Source: an uncultured Polaribacter sp. (GTDB lineage: Bacteria; Bacteroidota; Bacteroidia; Flavobacteriales; Flavobacteriaceae). From it: a stretch of 64,000 nt of DNA. The position numbers and the translations under genes are program-made. The notes below the pieces were generated by a model. That model had not been told where the DNA came from. It made no database searches and saw only the letters and a list, made by a program, of their open reading frames with translations. The stretch covers positions 26,699 through 90,698 of the forward strand of contig CAXBIR010000001.1 of the NCBI GenBank assembly GCA_963975825.1, written 5' to 3'. How positions within the stretch are numbered: position 1 is the stretch's first letter; the number at the start of each line of letters is the position of its first letter. Positions 1 through 10,559 of this stretch are shown piece by piece.

Positions 1-2
1 TA

Positions 3-1388
3 ACATTAGCTGCTATTAAAATAGGAGGAATAATGCTAGGTATTCAACCTTGGGAAGTAGTAGTATATGCAGGTTCTATTACTGTTATTTTTTCTGCTTT
101 TGGAGGCTTTAGAGGTGTTGTTTATACAGATTTTTTACTTTTTATAATAGCAATGTTTGGTGCTTTAGCAGCAGCGTACTATTCAGTTAATTTACCAGAA
201 GTTGGTGGTTTAGAAAAACTATTTAGTAATGAATTAGTAGCTTCTAAAACTAGTATTTTACCAGATTTTAACGATACTGAAACAGTAATTACTATTCTAA
301 TTATTCCTTTAGCTTTACAATGGTGGAGTTCTTGGTATCCTGGTGCAGAACCTGGTGGAGGTGGTTATATAGCGCAACGAATGTTGGCAGCTAAAGATGA
401 AGATCATGCAATTGGTGCTACTTTTTTCTTCAATTTTGTACATTATGCATTAAGGCCTTGGCCTTGGATTTTAGTGGCTTTAGCATCATTGGTTATTTTT
501 CCAGACATTGCAAGTTTACAAAGTGCTTTTCCAAATATTCCTGCAAATAAATTAGGCCATGATTTGGCGTATCCTGCAATGTTAAATTTTCTTCCAAATG
601 GTATTTTGGGTATTGTTTTAGCATCTTTAATCGCTGCTTATATGAGTACTATTTCTACTCACTTAAACTGGGGTTCTTCATATGTAGTTAATGACTTTTA
701 TAAACGTTTTGCTAAAAAGAATGCAAGTGAAAAGGAGTTAGTTAATGTAGGGAGACTAAGTACTATTTTAATGATGGTTGTTAGTGGTGTTTTAGCTTTA
801 ATATTAACGAATGTAAAGCAGGTTTTTGATATAATTATAATGTTTGGAGCAGGTACAGGTCTTATTTTTATTTTACGTTGGTTTTGGTGGCGAATAAATG
901 CGTGGAGTGAAATTTCTGCAATGTTTTCATCTGGTATAATTTCTATTTTATTAAACTTTACATCATTAAAAGTAATTTTATTTGATAGTAATTTAGGTGT
1001 TTTTCCAAGTTGGTTTCAATTTCCTTTTGTCGTTTTAGTAACTACATTTGTTTGGTTGCTTGTTACTTTTTTAACAAAACCAGAAAAGGATGAAACACTT
1101 AGGTTGTTTTATGAAAATATTCAACCAGGAGGTTCTGGTTGGGCTAAAGTTATTGCAAGAGCAAATGATGCAGGTGTTAATATTGTAAAAGATAATAATA
1201 AATGGAGTGTGCCTTCTGGTGTTTTAGCAATGTTGGTTAGTTGTATTTTAATTTACAGCTGTCTATTTGCCACTGGATATTGGATTTATGGTGAATATGC
1301 TAAAGCAATAATTCTAACCTCCTTAACTATAATTTCTAGTTTTGTTCTTATTCGAGTTTGGAAAAACATTAAAAAATCAATTTTATAA
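3..1388 (+). CDS. Sodium:solute symporter family protein (5' end lies upstream of the window)
   Basis: The frame is open from position 3 (TLAAIKIGGI precedes the ATG at 33). Many TM helices; SSF-like GGFRGVVYTD, YIAQRM and AAYMSTISTHLN segments. Confidence 0.85.
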   Translation, partial: TLAAIKIGGIMLGIQPWEVVVYAGSITVIFSAFGGFRGVVYTDFLLFIIAMFGALAAAYYSVNLPEVGGLEKLFSNELVASKTSILPDFNDTETVITILIIPLALQWWSSWYPGAEPGGGGYIAQRMLAAKDEDHAIGATFFFNFVHYALRPWPWILVALASLVIFPDIASLQSAFPNIPANKLGHDLAYPAMLNFLPNGILGIVLASLIAAYMSTISTHLNWGSSYVVNDFYKRFAKKNASEKELVNVGRLSTILMMVVSGVLALILTNVKQVFDIIIMFGAGTGLIFILRWFWWRINAWSEISAMFSSGIISILLNFTSLKVILFDSNLGVFPSWFQFPFVVLVTTFVWLLVTFLTKPEKDETLRLFYENIQPGGSGWAKVIARANDAGVNIVKDNNKWSVPSGVLAMLVSCILIYSCLFATGYWIYGEYAKAIILTSLTIISSFVLIRVWKNIKKSIL

Positions 1389-1417
1389 TTTCCTTGGATT
1401 TATTTTCCTTGGTAAGT
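1387..1417. promoter_or_regulatory. Tandem imperfect copies of a TTTCC-TT-GG palindromic operator (candidate MarR site)
   Basis: AATTTCCTTGGATTTA (1387-1402) and ATTTTCCTTGGTAAGT (1402-1417). A perfect version lies at 3481-3496. Confidence 0.55.
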
Positions 1418-1439
1418 AATTTTTTATTTATTATCTTTG
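1409..1439 (+). promoter_or_regulatory. Bacteroidota housekeeping promoter (-33 TTG / -7 TAnnTTTG) for the DoxX operon
   Basis: TTG at 1409-1411, a 20-nt spacer, then TATCTTTG at 1432-1439. Confidence 0.6.
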
Positions 1440-1461
1440 TCTAGAATTTAAAATATTCAAG

Positions 1462-1827
1462 ATGAAAACAGCAAAAATTATTTATTATATTTCTACAGGT
1501 TTGTTAACTTTATTAATGTTATTTTCTGCTGGAATGTACTTTTTTAATCATGAAGAAGTAGCAGTAATGTTTACTAATTTTGGTTACCCAACATATATTA
1601 TTTATCCATATGCAGTTGCAAAATTATTGGGCTTAGTTGCTTTGTGGTTTGTAAGTAATAAAGCTATTAAAGAATGGGCTTATGCAGGTTTTTTCTTCGC
1701 TTTTATATTCGCTTTTTTTGCACATGTAATGAATAGCGATGGAGAACAAATGGCAGCAATTTTAGCAATGATTTTTCTAACAACTTCTTATATAACCCAT
1801 AAAAAGATTTCTAATGGCAAATTCTAA
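1462..1827 (+). CDS. DoxX-like family membrane protein
   Basis: 121 aa, 4 TM helices; FGYPTY...AKLLG and KEWAYAGF motifs. Confidence 0.8.
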   Translation: MKTAKIIYYISTGLLTLLMLFSAGMYFFNHEEVAVMFTNFGYPTYIIYPYAVAKLLGLVALWFVSNKAIKEWAYAGFFFAFIFAFFAHVMNSDGEQMAAILAMIFLTTSYITHKKISNGKF

Positions 1828-2200
1828 GGTAGTTTTAACAAACAAAAACTATTTAACAGAAGCAAAAACAAGAAATCATTTTCTAATGATGGATCAATCT
1901 GTTACTTCTGGTGGAGGTGATAGTGGAGCAACACCGGTAGAATATTTGTTAACTGCAATTGGTGGTTGCGTCTCTATGACTTTAAGAACATACGCAGAAA
2001 GAAAAAATTGGGATGTTGGAGAAATAACAGTAAATGTTTCTCAACTTAAAGATGAAAATGGTACTTATTTAACAGAAGAAATTTCTTTTGAAAAAGAAGT
2101 AACAGAAGAACAAAGAAAAAAGCTGTTAATATTTGCAGGTAAATGTCCTGTAGCTAAAATGGTTAAAGGAGAAACAATAATAGAATCTAAAATTATTTAA
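1814..2200 (+). CDS. OsmC/YhfA family protein
   Basis: GGGDSGATPVEYLL, AIGGC and KCPV carry the two conserved Cys. Confidence 0.85.
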   Translation: MANSKVVLTNKNYLTEAKTRNHFLMMDQSVTSGGGDSGATPVEYLLTAIGGCVSMTLRTYAERKNWDVGEITVNVSQLKDENGTYLTEEISFEKEVTEEQRKKLLIFAGKCPVAKMVKGETIIESKII

Positions 2201-2211
2201 AGAAAATTATT

Positions 2212-2745
2212 ATGAAAAAAATATTAGCATTTGCAGGTAGCACAAGCTCAACATCAATAAACAAAAAATTAGCAACATTTGCTGCAGAAAATTTAGAAAA
2301 TACTGCTTTTGATGTTATTGATTTAAGAGATTTTAAATTACCAATTTATAGTGAAGACGAAGAGAAAAATGGTTTCCCAGAAGATGCTACAAAGTTTTCA
2401 TCATTATTAGATAATTACGACGGTTTTATGCTGTCTTTAGCAGAACATAATGGTTCTTATGCCACAGCTTTTAAAAATATTTTTGATTGGAGTTCTAGAG
2501 TAGAAGCTAAAATTTTTAGAGATAAACCATTATTACTTATGGCAACTTCACCAGGAGCAAGAGGAGGTCAATCTGTTTTAGAAGCTGGTTCAGAAAGATT
2601 CTCTAGAATGGGAGCAAAAGAATTAATCTCTTTTTCTTTTCCTAGTTTCTACGATAATTTTAAAGAAGGAAAAGTTGTTAATGAAGAACTTTTAACGGCT
2701 TTAAAACAAGAAGTAAATAAATTTGAAAAATCTGTAAATCAATAA
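2212..2745 (+). CDS. NADPH-dependent FMN reductase family
   Basis: AFAGSTSSTSIN, EHNGSY...KNIFDW and ATSPGARGG motifs. Confidence 0.85.
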   Translation: MKKILAFAGSTSSTSINKKLATFAAENLENTAFDVIDLRDFKLPIYSEDEEKNGFPEDATKFSSLLDNYDGFMLSLAEHNGSYATAFKNIFDWSSRVEAKIFRDKPLLLMATSPGARGGQSVLEAGSERFSRMGAKELISFSFPSFYDNFKEGKVVNEELLTALKQEVNKFEKSVNQ

Positions 2746-2747
2746 AA

Positions 2748-2996
2748 ATGAAAATAATTTTATACGGAAGACAAGGTCACGCTTACACTGTTGCATTTAA
2801 GAATTTTCTAAATTCTACAGATGAATCTTATGTTTACAAAGATGTTGCTAAAGATGCAGAAGCAAGAGAACATAGTAAAGAATTGTACGGTGGTACTGTA
2901 AAATATCCAACTTTGTTTGTAGATGATAAAGTGTATTTAACACCTACAACAGAAGAGTTTAATAAAATAATGCAAGATTTAAATTTAAGAGCATAA
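2748..2996 (+). CDS. Glutaredoxin-like protein lacking cysteines (HAYT at the CxxC position)
   Basis: 82 aa; pattern ILYG..HAYT..KNFL...Y...DV and KYPTLFVD (cis-Pro motif). No Cys codon. Confidence 0.65.
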   Translation: MKIILYGRQGHAYTVAFKNFLNSTDESYVYKDVAKDAEAREHSKELYGGTVKYPTLFVDDKVYLTPTTEEFNKIMQDLNLRA

Positions 2997-3026
2997 TTTT
3001 TAGTTTTTAACACTGAATACTGAAAA

Positions 3027-3464
3027 ATGGGAAATATTTCTAAAGACATACAATCTAAATTTGTTAGCGATAAGGTAAAAGCGCTAATTAATATAAAATA
3101 TACTGCTAATTGGTTAAGTAGTAAAGAAAATGAGTTTTTTAAACCGTTTGGAATTTCACCACAACAGTATAATATTTTAAGAATTTTAAGAGGTGCTAAA
3201 GAAAGGGTTAAGGTGCAAATTGTTAAAGATAGAATGATAGAAAGAGCGCCAAATGCAACACGTTTAATGGATAAATTGTGTGATAAAAACTTTATTGAAA
3301 GAGAGCGTTGCGAACATGATAGGAGAGTGGTTTATGTTAAAATAAAAAAAATAGGTTTAGAGTTGTTATCTAATATTGATGAAAATAAAAATCTATCTTT
3401 TTTAGAAAATTTAACTGATGAAGATGCTATTGTTTTAAGTGATTTATTAGATAAAATAAGATAA
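3027..3464 (+). CDS. MarR family transcriptional regulator
   Basis: GISPQQYNILRIL, PNATRLMDKL and DRRVVYV winged-helix motifs; two Cys. Confidence 0.9.
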   Translation: MGNISKDIQSKFVSDKVKALINIKYTANWLSSKENEFFKPFGISPQQYNILRILRGAKERVKVQIVKDRMIERAPNATRLMDKLCDKNFIERERCEHDRRVVYVKIKKIGLELLSNIDENKNLSFLENLTDEDAIVLSDLLDKIR

Positions 3465-3480
3465 AAAAAATTGTTTTAAT

Positions 3481-3496
3481 ATTTTCCTTGGAAAAT
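3481..3496. promoter_or_regulatory. Perfect 7-2-7 inverted repeat ATTTTCC-TT-GGAAAAT (candidate MarR operator)
   Basis: Located 11 nt upstream of the pirin ATG; same core as 1387-1417. Confidence 0.55.
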
Positions 3497-3507
3497 TAAT
3501 TAGAAAA

Positions 3508-4377
3508 ATGAAACAACTAAAATCTATACAATATAAAGCAGTAAGCCCGTTGGTAAATATGGGGCCTATAAAACTGCGTCAGCCATTGCCAACAGAAGGA
3601 ATTGAAAATGTTGATCCGTTTTTGTTATTACATCATTATGGACCATATGCTATTTCAGAATTTAACAATCCGTTTGATTTAGGACCACATCCTCACAGAG
3701 GTTTTGAGCCAATTACATTACTTTTTAAAGGAGAACAATTGCATAGAGATTCTCTAGGAAATGAAATGGTTGTAAAAGCTGGTGGAGTTCAATGGACTAC
3801 AGCAGGACGAGGAATTATTCATGCAGAAGCACCAACGAAAGATTTTGTTAAAAAAGGTGGTGAGTTAGAAGGAATTCAGTTGTGGTTAAACCTACCTGCT
3901 AAGTATAAAATGATAACCCCACATTATCAGCACTTAGAAAAAGAACAAATTCCTTTTATTATTTCAGAAGATAAAAAAGTACAATTAAACATTGTTGCTG
4001 GTAATCAAAAAGATATTTTAGGAAATATAAAAACACAAACTTCTGTAAATGTTTTTACTGTAAATTCTGAAGAAAATGGAGAAATGGAAATTGAATTGCC
4101 TAAAAATCATCAATCTTTAATTTATCTTTTAGACGGAGAAATTTCAGTTAATAATTCAATTGTATTGAAGAAAGGAGAAAATCAAATGGTAACATTTAAT
4201 TTAGATGGAGAAATAATTCAGTTTAAAGCAACAAAAAAGAGTACACTTTTAGTTTTATCTGGAGAGCCAATTAAAGAAAATGTAACACAATATGGACCTT
4301 ATGTTATGAATACGCAAACAGAAATTTTAGAAGCTATGCGTGATTATCAACAAGGAAAAATGGGGCATTTATATTAG
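3508..4377 (+). CDS. Pirin family protein
   Basis: HPHRGFE and HAE metal ligands; YGPYVMNT C-terminal motif. Confidence 0.9.
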   Translation: MKQLKSIQYKAVSPLVNMGPIKLRQPLPTEGIENVDPFLLLHHYGPYAISEFNNPFDLGPHPHRGFEPITLLFKGEQLHRDSLGNEMVVKAGGVQWTTAGRGIIHAEAPTKDFVKKGGELEGIQLWLNLPAKYKMITPHYQHLEKEQIPFIISEDKKVQLNIVAGNQKDILGNIKTQTSVNVFTVNSEENGEMEIELPKNHQSLIYLLDGEISVNNSIVLKKGENQMVTFNLDGEIIQFKATKKSTLLVLSGEPIKENVTQYGPYVMNTQTEILEAMRDYQQGKMGHLY

Positions 4378-4462
4378 AAATTTATAAGAAATAATATTAA
4401 TTTAATTTCTAAGTAAAAACAACGTAAGAATAATTATTCTAATTTATTTATAAGTGTAGAAA

Positions 4463-5167
4463 ATGAAAAAAGTAATTCATAAATCGGCAAGTAGAGGTTT
4501 CGCAAATCACGGTTGGTTAAAATCTTATCATACTTTTAGTTTTGCAAATTATCAGAATTCAGAAAGAATGAATTTTGGAATGTTACGCGTTTTAAATGAC
4601 GATGTTGTGCAGCCAAAAATGGGTTTTGGTACACACCCTCATAAAAATATGGAAATTATTTCTATTCCAATTTCTGGTGCTTTATCTCATAAAGATAGCA
4701 TGAATAATAAACGTTCTATAGAAATTGGTGAAATACAAGTTATGAGTGCTGGAACAGGTATAACACATTCAGAATTTAATGATAGTAATACAGATGAAGT
4801 TAATTTTTTACAATTATGGATTATCCCAGAAGAAGAAAATGTAACTCCATACTACAATCAAAAATCTTTTAATTTTTTAGAGAGAAAAAATAAGTTTCAA
4901 ACTGTGGTTTCTCCAAGAAATAAACAAGTTGAAGGTTCTTTACCAATACATCAGCAAGGTTATATTTCTCTAATAGATTTAGATGAGAATTTTGAAATTG
5001 AATATGAACTTAAAAATGGCGCATACTTTTTTTTACTAGAAGGAGAAATTTCTATTGCAGAAGAAACCTTAACGAATAGAGATGCAATTGGTATTACAGA
5101 GGTAGAAAAAGTTCTTGTAAAAGCCAATAAAGAAAGTAAATTATTAATTATAGACGTACCTGTTTAA
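4463..5167 (+). CDS. Pirin family protein (YhhW-like)
   Basis: HGWLKSYHTFSF, HPHKNME, HSE and LQLWI motifs. Confidence 0.9.
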   Translation: MKKVIHKSASRGFANHGWLKSYHTFSFANYQNSERMNFGMLRVLNDDVVQPKMGFGTHPHKNMEIISIPISGALSHKDSMNNKRSIEIGEIQVMSAGTGITHSEFNDSNTDEVNFLQLWIIPEEENVTPYYNQKSFNFLERKNKFQTVVSPRNKQVEGSLPIHQQGYISLIDLDENFEIEYELKNGAYFFLLEGEISIAEETLTNRDAIGITEVEKVLVKANKESKLLIIDVPV

Positions 5168-5188
5168 TAATTGATAAACTAAAATAAT

Positions 5189-5225
5189 AAAAAAACTGTT
5201 TAGTAAAATACTAAACAGTTTTTTT
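5189..5225. terminator. Bidirectional intrinsic terminator
   Basis: AAAAAAACTGTTTAGTA-AAA-TACTAAACAGTTTTTTT, a perfect inverted repeat between convergent genes. Confidence 0.85.
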
Positions 5226-5242
5226 ATTGATTAATTTTAGAA

Positions 5243-6625
5243 TTAACTAAAAATAACAGATTTTATATTTACAAATTCTTTAATTCCAAAACCTCCATGC
5301 TCTCTTCCAAAACCAGAATCTTTAACACCACCAAAAGGCATTTCTGGATTTGCAATTCCAAAGGTATTAATGAAAACCATTCCAGTATCAAAATATTTTT
5401 GGGCTAGTTTTGTTGCTTTTTCTTCATCTTTAGAAAAAATTCCACCACCTAGACCAAATTTACTATCGTTTGCAATTCTCATTGCATCATTCTGGTCTTT
5501 AGCTTTAATTAAAGAAGCAACTGGTCCAAAAAGTTCATCATCATAAGCAGGTTGTCCTGGTTTTACATTTCCTAAAACGGTAACAGGGTAAAAGAAACCA
5601 TCTCCATCTGGCATTTTACCACCACATAAAATTTCTGCACCATTTTCTACACTTTCTTCAACTTGTTTGTGTAAAGTATCTCTTAAATCTTCTCTTGCAA
5701 TTGGTCCCATATCAGTAGAATCTTTCATAGGATTACCAATTTTTACATCTTTCATTGCTTTTACAAAAGCCTCTTTAAATTTATCGAAAACAGCATCTAC
5801 AACAACAAATCTTTTTGCAGCAATACACGTTTCTCCATTATTATAAATTCGTCCTTTTACAGATTTTTCTACAGCAAGTTCTATATCTGCATCTTCTAAA
5901 ACAATATAAGCATCATTACTACCTAATTCTAGAACTACTTTTTTTAATTCTGCGGTTGCTTTTTGTCCAATATTTCTACCAGCATCTGAACTACCAGTTA
6001 AAGTTACACCTCTAACAAGTTTGTTTTTAATAATTTCATCAGATTGTTCATGTTTAATTAATAGCGTTTTAAATAAATGCTTTGGTAAACCAGCTTCTGT
6101 AAAAATTTTCTCTAAAAGAATTCCTGTTCCTGTAACATTAGATGCGTGTTTCAGTAAAACAGCATTACCAGCCATCAAGTTTACAATGGCATATCTTATT
6201 ACTTGGTAAGAAGGATAATTCCAAGGCTGAATTCCGTAAATAATTCCTATTGGAGAATAAGTTACAATACCTTTACCACCATTACTAAGTGTTCTTTTTT
6301 CATCTTTTAATTCTTTTGAAGCATTAGTTGCAGTATAATTACACACTCCAGAACATAAATCTACTTCTTGTAAACTTTGGCTATATAATTTACCCATTTC
6401 TTTGGTCATTAATGTAGCCAATTCTTCTTTGTATTCTTGAAGTTTTTTACCAATTGCTCTAATAATTTTTCCACGATTTTCTAAACTTTCGTGTTTCCAT
6501 TCTAAAAATGCTTCGTTACAATTTTCTATTGCAGCGTTCATTTCTGCATTAGATATATAATTATATTCTTCTATTTCTTTACCCGTTGTAGGGTTTATTG
6601 TTGTAATATTATTTTGTTTGCTCAT
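5243..6625 (-). CDS. NAD(P)-dependent succinate-semialdehyde dehydrogenase family aldehyde dehydrogenase
   Basis: IQPWNYP, LTGSSDAG, LELGS, NGETCIA, ELFGP and PFGGVKDSGFGRE. Start set at MSKQ because the upstream frame overlaps the SDR gene. Confidence 0.85.
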   Translation of the reverse strand: MSKQNNITTINPTTGKEIEEYNYISNAEMNAAIENCNEAFLEWKHESLENRGKIIRAIGKKLQEYKEELATLMTKEMGKLYSQSLQEVDLCSGVCNYTATNASKELKDEKRTLSNGGKGIVTYSPIGIIYGIQPWNYPSYQVIRYAIVNLMAGNAVLLKHASNVTGTGILLEKIFTEAGLPKHLFKTLLIKHEQSDEIIKNKLVRGVTLTGSSDAGRNIGQKATAELKKVVLELGSNDAYIVLEDADIELAVEKSVKGRIYNNGETCIAAKRFVVVDAVFDKFKEAFVKAMKDVKIGNPMKDSTDMGPIAREDLRDTLHKQVEESVENGAEILCGGKMPDGDGFFYPVTVLGNVKPGQPAYDDELFGPVASLIKAKDQNDAMRIANDSKFGLGGGIFSKDEEKATKLAQKYFDTGMVFINTFGIANPEMPFGGVKDSGFGREHGGFGIKEFVNIKSVIFS

Positions 6626-6632
6626 AATTTTC

Positions 6633-7373
6633 TTATTGTTGTTCACTTGGTAATATGTGAATATTGTTAATGTTTGTTCTTTTTGGTTGAGAAACTGCAT
6701 AGAAAATTGCATTAGCAATATCTTCAGCTTCTAAAGTTGTCATCTCTTTCATACCTTTTAATTCTTCTTTAATATCTTCATCTGTAATTGTTTCAAATAA
6801 AGAAGTATCTACAGCTCCTGGTTCAATTGAAGTAACGTTTATTCCGTGTTTTGGAGCTAATTCTTTACGTAATCCTTCAGATAACATTTTTACAGCAGAT
6901 TTTGTTGCACAATAAATTGCTCCTCCGGGAAAATAATTATAGGCAGCTGTAGAGGAAATATTAATAATATGACCTCCTTTATTTTCAATTAAAGTTGGTA
7001 AAACAGCAGCAACTCCATTTAAAACACCTTTAATGTTCACATCTACCATTGTGTTCCATTCATCTGTTTTTAGTTTTTCTGCGTAAGAGAGTGGCATTAA
7101 ACCAGCATTATTAATTAATCCGTTAACAGTACCAAACTCTTTCTTAGTTTTTTCTATGACATTTTTAAAATCTTCGCTATTTGTAACATCAGAAGTTATT
7201 ACAATGGCATTACCACCATTTTCTTTAATTTCTGTCTGTAAATCTTTTAATTTGTTTTCGCTTCTTGCTGTTAAAACAACTTTAGCACCTTCTTTAGCTA
7301 ATTTTTTAGCAGTTGCTTTTCCAATTCCGCTAGAAGCACCTGTAATTATAAATACTTTATCTTTTATGTTCAT
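6633..7373 (-). CDS. SDR family oxidoreductase (YdfG/NADP-dependent type)
   Basis: TGASSGIG, NNAG and YCATK (YxxxK) motifs. Confidence 0.9.
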   Translation of the reverse strand: MNIKDKVFIITGASSGIGKATAKKLAKEGAKVVLTARSENKLKDLQTEIKENGGNAIVITSDVTNSEDFKNVIEKTKKEFGTVNGLINNAGLMPLSYAEKLKTDEWNTMVDVNIKGVLNGVAAVLPTLIENKGGHIINISSTAAYNYFPGGAIYCATKSAVKMLSEGLRKELAPKHGINVTSIEPGAVDTSLFETITDEDIKEELKGMKEMTTLEAEDIANAIFYAVSQPKRTNINNIHILPSEQQ

Positions 7374-7512
7374 GATTGTTTTTTTTTATGTTACACAAAG
7401 TTCTAAAAATTGTATATTTCTAATTATTGCATTTCGTAGAGATATTAGCTGATATGATATGGAGTTTGTTAAAGTTTTCTAAAGAAGGTGAGTTTCTAAA
7501 TAGATTGAATAA

Positions 7513-9606
<2,094 letters not shown>

Positions 9607-9641
9607 TTCTTTTTATACTTTTGTTTCTCAAAATAAAAAAA

Positions 9642-10193
9642 ATGAAAAAATCATTAATTGTATTAGTATTATTTATAAGTTATTTCTCGTTTGCTCAAGA
9701 AGCTCCTGAGTTTCCAAAGTATAATGCTAAAAATGCAGCAAATATTTTTTATTATAATTTTTCTGAAGTTCCGAAGGAAATTAAAGTAAAAGATGAGGTA
9801 ACAGCTGCAAAAACTATAAAATTACTAAGAAGTTATAATGATAAGGTTAAGAAAATTTCTTTTCTAAATATGCCAAAACTGCAAGAGTTGGAGCTTACTA
9901 TTAATACTTTAGGTAAGCAATTATACTCTAATAGAGATTTAGCAGAAAAAGTAAGAAAAGATATAGAAGCAACTATTTTACCTGTAAGAGATAGTATTAG
10001 TCTTTATGAAAAGACTTTAAATGAAGATTTAAAAAGTTTTTTATCTAAAAAACAATTAAAGAAATGGTTAAAGTATCAAAGATCTGAAAAAAGAAATCTT
10101 TTACCCAAAGCACCAAAAAACTCTAATGGTTCTTCTCAAGGTATGGGTAGAAGGAGTATGAGAGGTGAAGGTGGTAGAGGAAGTAGGTATTAA
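9642..10193 (+). CDS. Hypothetical exported helical protein with Gly/Arg-rich tail
   Basis: Signal peptide MKKSLIV...SFA|Q; tail GMGRRSMRGEGGRG. Confidence 0.7.
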   Translation: MKKSLIVLVLFISYFSFAQEAPEFPKYNAKNAANIFYYNFSEVPKEIKVKDEVTAAKTIKLLRSYNDKVKKISFLNMPKLQELELTINTLGKQLYSNRDLAEKVRKDIEATILPVRDSISLYEKTLNEDLKSFLSKKQLKKWLKYQRSEKRNLLPKAPKNSNGSSQGMGRRSMRGEGGRGSRY

Positions 10194-10305
10194 CTTTAAA
10201 CTATTTGAGGTGTTTTCTCACCTATAAAAAAATATACTTTTCTACTGGTTTAAGAAACAAAATATTTTAACGATATTTGCCCACTAAACTAACTAATTAT
10301 TAAAT

Positions 10306-10488
10306 ATGGGAATGAACAAGAATACAGTGCTTGCTTGGGCAACGTTTATTATGATTATGGTAGGCTTGGGCTTAATTGCTTTAGGTGCTTTTAGATATGA
10401 TGATGTAGCTGGATGGGGCTTTGCAGCAGTTGGTGTTGGATTTTTTGCAATTGCATGGGTTTTTAATGCATTAAAAGGTAGAGTTTAA
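10306..10488 (+). CDS. Small 2-TM membrane protein (CAL67264 family)
   Basis: 60 aa, MGMNKNTVLAWAT...LKGRV, recalled as a conserved Flavobacteriaceae family. Confidence 0.7.
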   Translation: MGMNKNTVLAWATFIMIMVGLGLIALGAFRYDDVAGWGFAAVGVGFFAIAWVFNALKGRV

Positions 10489-10559
10489 ATAGTAGATTAC
10501 AATCTTCTGTAGTTATTAACTACAATTTTCAATAATAAATTTCAAAAAATATATAAAAA

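Noticed and set aside
6626-6718. Longer N-termini proposed by the track (SSADH, fadH, tolC, GH3, BASS, OM barrel)
   Set aside because: The extensions overlap neighbouring genes or promoters, or precede a clear signal peptide. Downstream ATGs were used instead.
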